From: a virus | Lineage: Duplodnaviria; Caudoviricetes | DNA: 38,726 bases | Strand: one strand, 5' to 3' | Virus record (IMG/VR): IMGVR_UViG_3300032111_000006 | Location: 1 to 38,726 of that record | Shown: piece by piece, positions 16,364-26,048 of the stretch | How positions within the stretch are numbered: the stretch's first letter is position 1 | Layout: every line of letters starts with the position of its first letter | The notes under the pieces: model-generated | Told to the model about the DNA's origin: nothing | Databases searched by the model: none | Seen by the model: only the letters and a program-made list of their open reading frames with translations | Translations under genes and position numbers: made by a program

Positions 16364-17923
16364 TTGATCTACGGTCCGGATGGGAAACCGATTAGCGGCC
16401 GCAATAAAGGCCCGATCATCGACGAGATCGCGGTCGTTTCCGTGCGCGACCGGTGGTCGACGTACCCGTCCGCCGGGCTTACTCCGGAGAAGCTGGCGCG
16501 GATCTTCCGAGAGGCCGACGCCGGCGACGTTTACCGGCAGATGGAACTCTTCGAGGAGATGGAGGAAAAGGACTGTCACCTCTCCTGTGAACTGGGCAAG
16601 CGCAAGCAGGCGGTTCTGGCCCTGGACTGGGAGATCATCCCTTACTCCAACAGCCGGGCGGACAAAAAAGCGGCCCAGCTTGTGGCCGATGCTATGGAGT
16701 TTGAGGGCCTTGAAGAGGTCCTGCTGGACATCCTGGACGCGATCGGCAAGGGATTCTCGGTGACGGAGATCATCTGGAAGATCGTCAATGGACAGGTTGG
16801 TATCGACAGGTTGAAATGGGTGCATCCGAAACGCATCACCTTCGGAGAGCTGCCGTGGGGCCACCCGGACCAGTTCCGGTTGCTGACTGACGAGGAGCCG
16901 GTTCGCGGGATCGAACTGCCGGACAATAAGTTTATCATTCACCGCTACAAGGCGCGCAGCGGCCACCCTTCGCGGGCCGGGATTATCCGGGTCTGTGCCT
17001 GGATGTATCTCTTCAAGAACTACAGCCTCAAGGACTGGGTCACCTTTGCCGAGGTCTACGGGATGCCCCTGCGACTCGGAAAGTACGATGCCAGCACCAG
17101 CGAAGAGGATAAAGAGAAGCTAATCCAGGCGGTCATCCAGTTGGGTACCGACGCCGCCGGCATCATTTCAAAGAGCACCGAGATCGAATTCGTCCAGGCC
17201 ATGAAGAACGCCGGCGACAACATCTACGAGACCTTGGCAGAGTTCTGTAACCGGGAGATGTCCAAGGCCATTTTGGGACAGACTCTGACCGCCGACGTCG
17301 GGGACCGGGGATCCTATGCCGCAGGCAAGGTTCATAATGAAGTCCGTCAGGATCTCACTAGGGCCGATGCCAAGGCCCTGGCCGAGACCCTGCGGCGGGA
17401 CCTCTTCCGGCCGCTCGTGCGGTTCAACCTGGGCGATGGCCCGAACCTCCCCTGGATGAAGTTTGACTTAAGTGAACCCGAGGACCTTGAGAAGTCGGCC
17501 AATGTCTACAGCATTCTGATCCGCGATGTCGGCCTGCCTGTGAGCAAGAAGCACGTCTATGAGAAGTTCGGCATTCCGGAGCCGGAGCCGGGCGAGGAAC
17601 TGTTGGTCCCCGCCATGGCGTCGCCGGTTCCGGGATTGGCGATGAAGGCGTTCAAAGATACCGCGCCGGCGCCGCCGCCGGCGAACCCGCAGGCCGAGGT
17701 GGACGCCTTGGCGGACCGGGCGCGTGAGCAAGCGGCCGCGGCGATCGACACCCTGACGGCTCCGCTGCGCGAGCTGATCGAATCCGGGGCCAGCCTGGAA
17801 GAAATCCGGGACCGGCTGGCGGAGATCTATAGCGAGATGGACACCAGCGAGCTGGAGGAGTTGATTGCCCGGGCGGTGTTTGTGGCGGATCTCTTCGGCA
17901 GGTGGGCGGCCGATGGCCATTAA
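16364..17923 (+). CDS. Portal protein, DUF935 / Mu gp29
   Basis: ELFEEMEEKD, WVTFAEVYGMPLRLGKY, MSKAILGQTLT motifs. Confidence 0.92.
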   Translation: MIYGPDGKPISGRNKGPIIDEIAVVSVRDRWSTYPSAGLTPEKLARIFREADAGDVYRQMELFEEMEEKDCHLSCELGKRKQAVLALDWEIIPYSNSRADKKAAQLVADAMEFEGLEEVLLDILDAIGKGFSVTEIIWKIVNGQVGIDRLKWVHPKRITFGELPWGHPDQFRLLTDEEPVRGIELPDNKFIIHRYKARSGHPSRAGIIRVCAWMYLFKNYSLKDWVTFAEVYGMPLRLGKYDASTSEEDKEKLIQAVIQLGTDAAGIISKSTEIEFVQAMKNAGDNIYETLAEFCNREMSKAILGQTLTADVGDRGSYAAGKVHNEVRQDLTRADAKALAETLRRDLFRPLVRFNLGDGPNLPWMKFDLSEPEDLEKSANVYSILIRDVGLPVSKKHVYEKFGIPEPEPGEELLVPAMASPVPGLAMKAFKDTAPAPPPANPQAEVDALADRAREQAAAAIDTLTAPLRELIESGASLEEIRDRLAEIYSEMDTSELEELIARAVFVADLFGRWAADGH

Positions 17924-18641
17924 GCTTGAGCCGCTAACCTTCGACCAGGCAGTTGAGTTCTTTAAGGATAAGGTCGTCCTCTCCCCCGACCAGTATGAGA
18001 AGCTTTGGGGTGAGCAAAAAAACCTTGCTTTTTCCGTTGCGAGGATCGCGGCCCTGGACATCCTCCACGACATTTATAACGAGGTGCTCAGGGCCATCAA
18101 GGACGGCCTCACCGCCCAGGAGTGGGGCAAGCAGGTCAACGAGATCCTGGCTGCCCGCGGCTGGAAAGGCCTGACTCCCTTCCGCCTAGACAACATCTTT
18201 CGGACTAACGTCCAGACCGCCTATATGGTCGGACACTACCGCCGCATGACCGATCCGGAAGTGATCGAGCGGCGCCCGTACTGGATGTACGATGCGATCA
18301 ACGACAGCCGTACGCGGCCCACACACCGGGCGCTCGACGGCAAGGTCTTCCCGGCGGATCACCCCTTTTGGGACACCTGGTACCCCCCGAATGGGTACCG
18401 GTGCCGGTGCGGGGTAATCAGCCTCACCGGTGACCAGGTTCGCCGCCGCGGGCTGAAGGTCGAGACGGAGGCACCCAAGATGGTCGAGCCTCCCGGCCAG
18501 GCGGCCCGGCCCCTGCTGCCGGACCCGGGGTTCGACCACAATCCGGCCAAGGTGCGCTGGGAACCGGATCTAAGCAAGTACCCTGCCGCCTTGCGCAAGG
18601 CCTACGAGGCCCGCGCGAAGGCGGATGTAACAACAAAGTAA
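17913..18641 (+). CDS. Mu gpF/gp30-like minor head protein
   Basis: IFRTNVQTAY...DSRTRPTH...YPPNGYRCRCGV. Confidence 0.9.
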   Translation: MAIKLEPLTFDQAVEFFKDKVVLSPDQYEKLWGEQKNLAFSVARIAALDILHDIYNEVLRAIKDGLTAQEWGKQVNEILAARGWKGLTPFRLDNIFRTNVQTAYMVGHYRRMTDPEVIERRPYWMYDAINDSRTRPTHRALDGKVFPADHPFWDTWYPPNGYRCRCGVISLTGDQVRRRGLKVETEAPKMVEPPGQAARPLLPDPGFDHNPAKVRWEPDLSKYPAALRKAYEARAKADVTTK

Positions 18642-18847
18642 CCGGAAACGCGAGACGATTCCGGACATGTAACAGGTGGTAACGGCAAAAAGCGGCCATG
18701 TAACGGGGCAAGTAACGGGCGGGAACCAAAAAAGTAACGGTTATGTAACAGCCAGTAACAACGGGCGCAAGGCCCTGTAAGGGCCGCAAAGCCTTGCAAA
18801 TCAAGGGTTCCCCGCTGCGATGTAACAGGCTGTAACGAGGTGATAAC
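18627..18847 (+). repeat. Helically phased GTAAC array at the prophage midpoint (strong-gyrase-site-like position)
   Basis: 11 GTAAC copies, all on one strand, mostly spaced 10-12 or 21-22 bp. Confidence 0.75.
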
Positions 18848-18850
18848 GAA

Positions 18851-19978
18851 ATGCTGCTGGCCTGTAAGGCGCACCCCGAACCGGGGCACGAAACCCTAAA
18901 ACTCTCTCTCGAAGTACCCGAAGTACCCGCGGGCGACGCGCCCGAGTACATCCAGGTGCTGCCGGCCGGCATCGTGCACACCGAGAAGTACGGCGACTTT
19001 GTAGTTGACGATGAAGCCAAGCGGGCCATCATTGCCGACTTCGCCGCCCGGGAGAACGATCTGGTCATCGACTACGAGCATCAGACCCTGACCGGCCAGG
19101 AGGCGCCGGCTGCCGGCTGGATTAAAGAGCTGGTCGATCGGGGCCCTGACGGACTCTGGGCACGGGTGGAGTGGACGCCGCGGGCGGCCGCGTACCTGGC
19201 CAACAAGGAATACCGGTACTTCTCCCCCGTCGTTTTTAAGCGGGTTTCCGACGGGCGGATTGTGCGCCTGCACTCGGGCGCCCTGACAAACACTCCGGCG
19301 ATCGACGGCATGGTGCCGCTGGTCAATAAATCTGGAGGCGTCAGCCTCCCCATGAAGGAGGGAACGGGTTTGGATCAACTGTTGGAACAGATCCGGTGGA
19401 TGCTTAACCTGCCTGTAACGGCCACGGTTGAAGAAATCATCGCCGAACTGCAGAAGCTGATCGACCAGGTCAAGGCCGCCGAACAGCAGATGGCCGCCAA
19501 GGATGTCACCGGGCCGCGCGTGGCGCCGGCGGTTCTTCTGACCGACCAGCGGCGGGTGGCGGCCAAGGAGATCCTGGATCTCCTGGAGTGCCCCGAGACC
19601 GCGGACCTGACGACGGTCAAGGGCAAGATCCTGGCGCTCAAGAACCCGAGCGGTTACGTCCGTGTCGAGGAGTTCCGCGCTCTGCAGGAAAAGCTGGCGC
19701 TCAAAGAGCGGGACGAGCTGGTCGACCTGGCCTTGAAGCAGGGCAAGATCGCCCCGGCGCAAAAGGACTGGGCCGAGCAGTACGCTCTCAAGGACCCCGA
19801 CGGTTTTCGGGCTTTCATCGCCCAGGCGCCGCAGGTGGTACCTGTGGGACAGGAGATCAGCGCCGGCGCCGGTCCGGGCAGCGGCAAGGGACCTGCCCTC
19901 GACGAGATCCAGATGCTGGTGAACAAGCAGCTCGGGATCTCGGACGAGGTGTTCAAGATGTATGGAGGTGATCAGTAA
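18851..19978 (+). CDS. Mu gpI-like prohead protease with C-terminal scaffold
   Basis: LVIDYEHQT...PAAGW...YRYFSPV...ALTNTPAIDGM. Internal AAGGAGG plus TTG at 19370 could give an in-frame scaffold (Mu gpZ-like). Confidence 0.9.
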   Translation: MLLACKAHPEPGHETLKLSLEVPEVPAGDAPEYIQVLPAGIVHTEKYGDFVVDDEAKRAIIADFAARENDLVIDYEHQTLTGQEAPAAGWIKELVDRGPDGLWARVEWTPRAAAYLANKEYRYFSPVVFKRVSDGRIVRLHSGALTNTPAIDGMVPLVNKSGGVSLPMKEGTGLDQLLEQIRWMLNLPVTATVEEIIAELQKLIDQVKAAEQQMAAKDVTGPRVAPAVLLTDQRRVAAKEILDLLECPETADLTTVKGKILALKNPSGYVRVEEFRALQEKLALKERDELVDLALKQGKIAPAQKDWAEQYALKDPDGFRAFIAQAPQVVPVGQEISAGAGPGSGKGPALDEIQMLVNKQLGISDEVFKMYGGDQ

Positions 19979-20382
19979 TGCCGCTTGCGGCAGACCGGAA
20001 CACTCCGCGGCGTGAGGGGGACCTGCTGGCGCTGCCGGTGGCGGCCGGCGTGAAGATCTACGCCGGCGCCCTGGTGGCGGTGAACGCCGCCGGGTATGCA
20101 GTACCCGGCTCGACGGCGGCGAACCTCAAGGCCGCCGGACGGGCCGAGGGGCAGGTCGACAACACCGGCGGCGTCGATGGGGCCCAGACCGTGACCGTCC
20201 GGCGGGGCGTCTTCAAGTGGGCCAACGCCGGCGCCGACCCCGTCGGCCAGGCCCACGTGTTGAGCGACTGCTACATCGTCGATGACCAGACGGTGGCCGC
20301 CACTGATGGCGCCGGTACCCGCTCGAAGGCGGGCAAGGTCTTGGGCGTGGATGTCAACGGCGTCTGGGTCGAGATCCGCTAA
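19978..20382 (+). CDS. Capsid decoration/cement-like protein
   Basis: 134-aa Gly/Ala/Val-rich ORF between protease and capsid. Confidence 0.7.
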   Translation: MPLAADRNTPRREGDLLALPVAAGVKIYAGALVAVNAAGYAVPGSTAANLKAAGRAEGQVDNTGGVDGAQTVTVRRGVFKWANAGADPVGQAHVLSDCYIVDDQTVAATDGAGTRSKAGKVLGVDVNGVWVEIR

Positions 20383-20407
20383 TTAATCGTGAAAGGAGGT
20401 TAATGCC

Positions 20408-21286
20408 TTGATTCTGAACGCTCAAACCCTGCGTGCGGCCACTAAGGGGTTCCGGGCGCTGTTCTTCGACACCCTGGCCGGGGTCAAGACCCCCTATGAG
20501 CAATTGGCCATGGTTATCGATTCGACGTCACCCGAGGAAACCTACAACTGGCTTGCCGCGCTGCCGCGCATGCGGGAGTGGATCGGGGAACGGGTCATTC
20601 ACGCCCTGGCCGCTCACGGCTTCACGATTAAAAAGAAAGACTGGGAAGCCACCATTGAGGTAGGCCGCGACGACATCATCTTTGACAAGTTGAACCTCGT
20701 GCGTCCGCGCATCCAGATGCTTGCCCAGGGAGCTGGGGAGCACTACATGGACATGCTCGTCGACCTGCTGGTCAATGGCTTTACCCAGCTCTGCTACGAC
20801 GGCCAGTATTTCTTCGACCCCGACCACGAGGGCGGCAGCAATTACTCCACAGCCCCCCTGAGCGCGGAGAGTTATAACGCCGCTTACGCCGCGATGAGCA
20901 GCCTCACGGACGAACAGGAGCGGTCGCTCAACATCACGCCGACGCATCTCGTTTACCCGCCGCAGCTCCGGGAGACCGCGCTGAAGATCTTGCAGGCGGA
21001 GCGTCTGGCGAACGGAGAGACCAACATCAACCGCAACTCCGCGGAGCCGCTGATGCTGCCTCAGTTGGCCGGCCATCCGACGAAGTGGTTCTTGCTCGAT
21101 CTATCGAAGCCGATCAAGCCGTTCATCATTCAGGTCGTGAAGAAGATCGACTTCGTCGCGCTCGATAACCCGGACGACCTGAACGTCTTCATGAAGAAGA
21201 TGTTCCTGTACGGGGTCGACTGCATTGACAATGCAGGTTATGGGCTCTGGCAACTGGCCTACGGCTCCACCGGCACCGGCGCGTAA
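20408..21286 (+). CDS. Mu gpT-like major capsid protein
   Basis: ETYNWL...MREWIGER, CYDGQYFFDPDH, AGYGLWQLAYGS; GAAAGGAGG SD. Confidence 0.92.
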   Translation: MILNAQTLRAATKGFRALFFDTLAGVKTPYEQLAMVIDSTSPEETYNWLAALPRMREWIGERVIHALAAHGFTIKKKDWEATIEVGRDDIIFDKLNLVRPRIQMLAQGAGEHYMDMLVDLLVNGFTQLCYDGQYFFDPDHEGGSNYSTAPLSAESYNAAYAAMSSLTDEQERSLNITPTHLVYPPQLRETALKILQAERLANGETNINRNSAEPLMLPQLAGHPTKWFLLDLSKPIKPFIIQVVKKIDFVALDNPDDLNVFMKKMFLYGVDCIDNAGYGLWQLAYGSTGTGA

Positions 21287-21308
21287 GCACCTTTCCCGCC
21301 CCGCAACC

Positions 21309-21372
21309 GCTCGCCGCCTTCGGGCGGCGGGCATCGGTAAGCGCCGGGCCGAGTACCGGCGCCTGCCGATGC
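21309..21372 (+). other. Tandem GC-rich RNA hairpins after the capsid gene
   Basis: GCTCGCCGCC-TTCG-GGCGGCGGGC and GCATCGGTAAGCGCCGG...CCGGCGCCTGCCGATGC; no U-tail, so more likely a stabiliser or processing site than a terminator. Confidence 0.5.
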
Positions 21373-21400
21373 CTAAGTCAACACGAAAGGAGCGACAAGC

Positions 21401-21622
21401 ATGCCCCTGAAGATCATTGCGAGGAGAGAAGGCTTTCGGCGCTGCGGCGTGGCGCATCCGACCGGCCCAACCGTCTACCCGGACGGCACCTTCACGCCGG
21501 AGCAGATCAAGATCCTGAAGGCCGAGCCGATGCTGATCGTCGAGGAGATCCCCACCGAGAAGTCGGCCAGGCCCAAGGATGACAAGGGCGACAAGTCCAA
21601 GGACGATAAGGGCGACAAGTAA
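21401..21622 (+). CDS. HI1506-related (Mu gp35-like) protein
   Basis: GFRRCGVAHP...LKAEPMLIVEE; C-terminal KDDKGDK duplication. Confidence 0.75.
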   Translation: MPLKIIARREGFRRCGVAHPTGPTVYPDGTFTPEQIKILKAEPMLIVEEIPTEKSARPKDDKGDKSKDDKGDK

Positions 21623-22056
21623 TGTACTGTACGCTCGACGATCTCAAGGCCCAGGTCAGCGAGGCCGTCCTTGTCGAGCTGACGGATGATGAGGGTACCG
21701 GCCAGGTTGACCAAGCAAGGGTCGACGCGGCCATCACGGCGGCCACCGATGAGATTAACGGTTACTGTCAGGCGCGGTACCCGGTCCCCTTCGACCCGGT
21801 GCCGGGATTTATCCGCAAGCTGGCCGTGGACATCGCCCTATACAACCTGTTCTCTCGCCGGGGCTACAACGACCAGGCGGAAGAGGGCGGCGACAAGGCG
21901 ATCATCGACCGGTACCGGGCTGCAGTGCGGACCCTGGAGAACATCGCCAAGGGGGTTGTCACCCTGGGGGTCCCCAACCCGCCGCCGGCGACGGACGGCA
22001 CCGACATCCGTAGCAACCCCCGGATCTTCAGCCGTGAGAGACTGGAGGGTTTCTAG
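21622..22056 (+). CDS. DUF1320 / Mu gp36 head-tail adaptor
   Basis: MYCTLDDL...INGYCQARYPVP...DIALYNL...RY..AV..LE.IAKG. Confidence 0.88.
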   Translation: MYCTLDDLKAQVSEAVLVELTDDEGTGQVDQARVDAAITAATDEINGYCQARYPVPFDPVPGFIRKLAVDIALYNLFSRRGYNDQAEEGGDKAIIDRYRAAVRTLENIAKGVVTLGVPNPPPATDGTDIRSNPRIFSRERLEGF

Positions 22057-22536
22057 TTGAGCGGGGTCAAGCTGGACGGTGACTGGTCGAAGCTGAACCG
22101 GCACCTGCACCGCCTGGCCGGCGTCAACTGGACCGGGCTGCACAAGGAGATCGGCGAGGAACTTGTCGCCAGCACGCAGCTCCGGTTCCGCGAGGAGACG
22201 GCGCCCGACAGCACCAAGTGGCCCCAATCGATCCGTGCCCGCGAGGAAGGCGGGCAAACCCTCAGCGACACCCGCCGGCTGCGCAACTCCATCACCGCGG
22301 CCGCCCGGCCGGACCGGGTCGAGGTCGGAACAAACGACAAGAGGGCGGCTGTGCACCAGTTCGGGGCCGTCATCCGGCCCAAGCGGGCGAAGGCCCTGCG
22401 CTTCCGGGTCGGCAAGCGGTGGGCGACGAAGCAAGAGGTGTCCATCCCGGCGCGGCCCTTCCTGGGGGTCAGCGACGACGATGAACAGGCGATTAAGGAG
22501 ATCATCCAGGAGCGGATCGGGGAGCTGCTAAAGTGA
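22057..22536 (+). CDS. Virion morphogenesis protein (Mu gpG / P2 gpS-like)
   Basis: L.DT.RLRNSI...VGTN...AAVHQFG...IPARPFLG. Confidence 0.88.
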   Translation: MSGVKLDGDWSKLNRHLHRLAGVNWTGLHKEIGEELVASTQLRFREETAPDSTKWPQSIRAREEGGQTLSDTRRLRNSITAAARPDRVEVGTNDKRAAVHQFGAVIRPKRAKALRFRVGKRWATKQEVSIPARPFLGVSDDDEQAIKEIIQERIGELLK

Positions 22537-23045
22537 TCAAGACCTGTAAGGAGTACCTGGCCGAGCGGCTTCGGGCCGCCGGCGTGTCCAAGATCTCTTT
22601 CAGCCGCGAGGGATCGGACAAGCACAACGTCCCCCCCTTCGCGGTGGTGCTGACCGGCGACGAAACAATGCGTTATGACGGGTCGATGGTGGCCAAAGGT
22701 GAAGGCCCTGGAGTGGATGAACGAACTTACCGCCGGCGCACGCACCGCCGGGCGCTGGATCTGAAGGTGTTGATCGTCCACCGTACCGACGACGAGGCTC
22801 AGGCCGTGGGGGAAACCTTCCTGACCGGCCTAACCAGGCGCATTCTGGACGACCAGGGCAACGCGATCCTGGTCGCCGTTCGCGGATCGGAGCCGGACGA
22901 AGAGGATCGCAGCATCTTGCGCCAGCGGTCCGGAGCGGTTTACCTAGTGACGTTTGAGGGAGGGGTCTATCAAGATAAAGTCGTCAAGGTCCTGCCCCTG
23001 GAGACCGCCATGGAGGTCGAACAAGAGCTTACGGAGGAGGTGTAA
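22533..23045 (+). CDS. Probable tail terminator/completion protein
   Basis: Position before the sheath; 170-aa coupled ORF. Confidence 0.55.
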   Translation: MIKTCKEYLAERLRAAGVSKISFSREGSDKHNVPPFAVVLTGDETMRYDGSMVAKGEGPGVDERTYRRRTHRRALDLKVLIVHRTDDEAQAVGETFLTGLTRRILDDQGNAILVAVRGSEPDEEDRSILRQRSGAVYLVTFEGGVYQDKVVKVLPLETAMEVEQELTEEV

Positions 23046-23048
23046 GTC

Positions 23049-23255
23049 TTGCCGAAAAAGGCCGATGTCCAGGAAGGCCAGGAGTCCAAGCTGTATCCGG
23101 TCGGAGAGCTGGCGAAGCGTTTTGGCGTTCCGGGCTGGACCCTGGACGGCATGATGGTGCGCTACAACTGGGGCCGGGGTAAAGAACTGAGTGAGAAGGA
23201 ATTCCTGCAGGCCAGGGATGCCTTCCTCGGAGGCCCCATGAAGGGAGTGAGGTAA
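23049..23255 (+). CDS. Small hypothetical protein
   Basis: GGAGGAGG SD, TTG start, abuts the sheath gene. Confidence 0.6.
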   Translation: MPKKADVQEGQESKLYPVGELAKRFGVPGWTLDGMMVRYNWGRGKELSEKEFLQARDAFLGGPMKGVR

Positions 23256-24674
23256 ATGCCGCTACCCGACGTCACTATCGAGATACTTGACGGCGGGCTG
23301 GGCATGCTGCCGCCGTCGGCGGCGGGACTGCATGCCAAGGTCGGCGTCTCGTCGGCCGGCACCGTCAACGAGATCGTAGCCGTGACCGATCCGGGCAAAG
23401 TCTCTGAGCTGTTCGGGACCGGCCCCCTGGCCAATGCGCTGTATGACTCTTTCGCCGCCGGCGCCCGGACGATTTACGCGGTGCGGGCTAACGGCGACAT
23501 CGCCGGCGAGATCGGCGCCGTGACCGCCACAAAGACCGGTCAGGGCAACCTGACCGTTACCGGTACCCCGCTCGATGCATACGAGTTGGTGGTTGAAATC
23601 GTCGACCCGGGAGCCAAGAACGTGGCGACGTTCAAGTACAGCCTGGACGGCGGGGACAACTTCTCCCAAAAGATCACCGTGCCGACGGCGCTTACCTATG
23701 ACGTGCCCGGTACCGGCCTGACCCTGAACTTCACCGAATACGTGACCGACCCGAACCAGTCTTTCCTCGCCGGCGACAGGTACACGTGCAAGACCGAGGC
23801 GCCCCAGGCCAGCGTTAACAGCGTGAACGCCGCGATCGACGCCCTGCTTGACTCGGGCTATCTGTACGAGTTCGTGCACGTGGTCGGGGAGTCAGACGCC
23901 GCAATGTGGGCCGCCTTGGCCGCCAAGGCCACCGAGGCCGAGGGCAAATACCGGTACATTCACTTCCTTGCCGAGGCCGCCGGCCCCGCTGCGGGTGAAA
24001 CCGTTGACCAGTGGGTTACCGGGCTGCTCGCGGCAAAGGCATCCTTTGCGTCGACGCGGGTTTCCATCTGCGCCGGCCGCCTTGAGCTGATCGACATGGG
24101 CACCGGCCGCCAGGTGGACCGCAACGGCGCGGGGATCTATGCCGGCCGGGTGAGCGCGATCCCGGTCCAGGAATCGCCCGGGAAAGTTATGACCGGCCCC
24201 CTGCCGGCCGTGGTTCGCCTGAACCCGGCGGGTATCAACGACGGCCACATCCTGGCCCTTGACGAGGCCGGGTTCATCACCTTCCGTCAGTACATCGGTC
24301 TGTCGGGCTTCTACATCACGAACGGCCGGATGGCCGCGGAGGCCATCTCCGACTTTCGTTTCGTAGAGCTGCGCCGGGTGATGGACAAGGCGTGCGGACA
24401 AGTCCGCACCGCCGCCCTGCGCTTCGAGCACGCGGAGGTCGACCCGATCAATGTTGAGAAGAGCTTCGCGGCCATCGAGGCACAGTTGGCGGCGCCGCTC
24501 GACATCATGGTCGGCGCCGGCGAGATCGCCCGCGGCCGGGTTGTTATACCGCGGGATCAGGACGTCCTGGCCACGTCCAAGCTGCGCATCAAGGTCCGGC
24601 TGGTACCGTTGGGTTACCTGCGGGAGATCGAGGCTGAAATTGGCTTCGAGAACCCCTTCCAGTCCGCGGCGTAA
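23256..24674 (+). CDS. Contractile tail sheath protein (DUF2586-like)
   Basis: 472 aa; LPDVTIEILDGGLG start, RRVMDKA and VRLVPLGYLREIEAEIG C-terminus. Confidence 0.85.
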   Translation: MPLPDVTIEILDGGLGMLPPSAAGLHAKVGVSSAGTVNEIVAVTDPGKVSELFGTGPLANALYDSFAAGARTIYAVRANGDIAGEIGAVTATKTGQGNLTVTGTPLDAYELVVEIVDPGAKNVATFKYSLDGGDNFSQKITVPTALTYDVPGTGLTLNFTEYVTDPNQSFLAGDRYTCKTEAPQASVNSVNAAIDALLDSGYLYEFVHVVGESDAAMWAALAAKATEAEGKYRYIHFLAEAAGPAAGETVDQWVTGLLAAKASFASTRVSICAGRLELIDMGTGRQVDRNGAGIYAGRVSAIPVQESPGKVMTGPLPAVVRLNPAGINDGHILALDEAGFITFRQYIGLSGFYITNGRMAAEAISDFRFVELRRVMDKACGQVRTAALRFEHAEVDPINVEKSFAAIEAQLAAPLDIMVGAGEIARGRVVIPRDQDVLATSKLRIKVRLVPLGYLREIEAEIGFENPFQSAA

Positions 24675-24687
24675 GGGGGTGTGTTAG

Positions 24688-25119
24688 TTGATCAACGGTA
24701 AGGAGTACAGTTGGGAAGACATCAGCGTGACCCTGCCCCATGGCGAACTGATCGGTATTCAGAACATTGAGTACTCCGACGGCAAGGAAATCGAGCCCAC
24801 TTACGGCAAGGGCTCGAACCCGCTGGGCTACGGCAACGGGAACTATTCTGCCGAGGGCAAGCTCACGCTTTTGAAGTCGGAGCACGACCGCTTTGTCGCC
24901 TACGCCAAGAAGCAGGGCAAGACCCTGTACGGCCTGGCGCCGTTTTCGATCAGCGTGAGCTACGCCAATGAGGACCAGCCGACCGTGACGGACGTCTTGA
25001 AGGCCTGCAAGATAACGAAAGTCAGCCGGTCGAGCGGCCAGGGCGACAAGGACGTCAAGGTGGAGTACGAGCTGAAGATCCTGGGCGGCATCGTCTGGGA
25101 CGGGCTGGAAGCCAACTGA
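24688..25119 (+). CDS. Tail tube protein
   Basis: INGKEYSWEDI...YGKGSNPLGYGNGNYSAEG; follows the sheath. Confidence 0.82.
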   Translation: MINGKEYSWEDISVTLPHGELIGIQNIEYSDGKEIEPTYGKGSNPLGYGNGNYSAEGKLTLLKSEHDRFVAYAKKQGKTLYGLAPFSISVSYANEDQPTVTDVLKACKITKVSRSSGQGDKDVKVEYELKILGGIVWDGLEAN

Positions 25120-25261
25120 CGCAACACCCTAACTGAGGGTTGATGCAAATAGAGGAGCCCTGGTCGGGGTGAGCACCGGCACCCCGGGGTGGGCGCCAGG
25201 GCAGGCACCCGGGCAGGCGGGGGTCCGGGGCAAACTGCAAAACTGGGGGCGTGACGCGGCT

Positions 25262-25582
25262 ATGCCGAATGAAGAGCAAATCAAAGCGTGGAAAGAGCAG
25301 CACGGCGATGTCTTTGAGATCCGCGGCGAGGATGCCGGCGACCAGGAGATGACCTTCTACTTCCGCAAGCCCGGCCGGGCGGATCTTTCCCGCTTCGCGA
25401 AGGAAGCGACAAAGGACGTCCTTCTGGCCACGAACAACCTGGTGGTCAACTGCCTGCTGCACCCCGGGCCGGACGTTCTGCGCAAACTGATTGACGACAA
25501 GCCCGGGATCGTGCTCGCCCTGGGGGCGGAGCTGCAGAAGCTGATCGGGAGTAACCAGGATTTTTTCAGCAGGAAATTGTAA
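25262..25582 (+). CDS. Tail assembly chaperone (G)
   Basis: EQIKAWKEQHGDVF...YFRKPGR; between tube and tape measure. Confidence 0.8.
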   Translation: MPNEEQIKAWKEQHGDVFEIRGEDAGDQEMTFYFRKPGRADLSRFAKEATKDVLLATNNLVVNCLLHPGPDVLRKLIDDKPGIVLALGAELQKLIGSNQDFFSRKL

Positions 25583-25788
25583 GGCGGGTCGAGGGCCTGC
25601 GTCAGGACGGCATCGACCAGGCGGAGGCCCTCATCCGTTACCACTTCAGCTTGGCACCGGAGGAGATCCAGCAGCTCGACGATGAGACTTTCTGTGACCT
25701 TGCGGCCCACGCCTATTTCTACGAGGACCGCCGGGCGCTGGCCGTCAAGCGGGGTGTGATCATGGCGATCCAGGAGGTCTTCAAATAG
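25561..25788 (+). CDS. -1 frameshift extension of tail chaperone (GT)
   Basis: Slippery T-TTT-TTC at 25561-25567 in the correct register; -1 frame open to TAG 25788 (QQEIVRRVEGLRQDG...AIQEVFK). Confidence 0.8.
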   Translation, partial: FFQQEIVRRVEGLRQDGIDQAEALIRYHFSLAPEEIQQLDDETFCDLAAHAYFYEDRRALAVKRGVIMAIQEVFK

Positions 25789-25804
25789 GGAAAACCGGCA
25801 GCGG

Positions 25805-25993
25805 TCACTGCCGGCTACGGGATTCCTGAGCGGCCTGGCGGCGTTTAAGTTCTTCACCGCCTTCGCGCCAACCCTGAATGGCACCTTGGACGCCACATTT
25901 AATCACGTGCGGGATGCCCCAGATGGCGGCGATAAGGAGTCCGAGCATGGCGCCGATGCCGATGCAGATGAAGAAGACGGTCAACCAACCCAT
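25805..25993 (-). CDS. Antisense moron: small single-TM membrane protein
   Basis: MGWLTVFFICIGIGAMLGLLIAAIWG..., GGGAGG SD, own promoter. Confidence 0.7.
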   Translation of the reverse strand: MGWLTVFFICIGIGAMLGLLIAAIWGIPHVIKCGVQGAIQGWREGGEELKRRQAAQESRSRQ

Positions 25994-26016
25994 TGCCAAG
26001 ACCTCCCTTCCCCTGT

Positions 26017-26045
26017 AGCGTACACCAACACAAGGGGCGTGTCAA
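26017..26045 (-). promoter_or_regulatory. Putative sigma-A promoter of the moron
   Basis: Minus strand TTGACA-N17-TACGCT. Confidence 0.55.
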
Positions 26046-26048
26046 TAA

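Noticed and set aside
25120-25261. GC-rich structured intergenic region after the tail tube gene as another ribozyme
   Set aside because: Hairpins are present but no catalytic core consensus could be mapped by eye.
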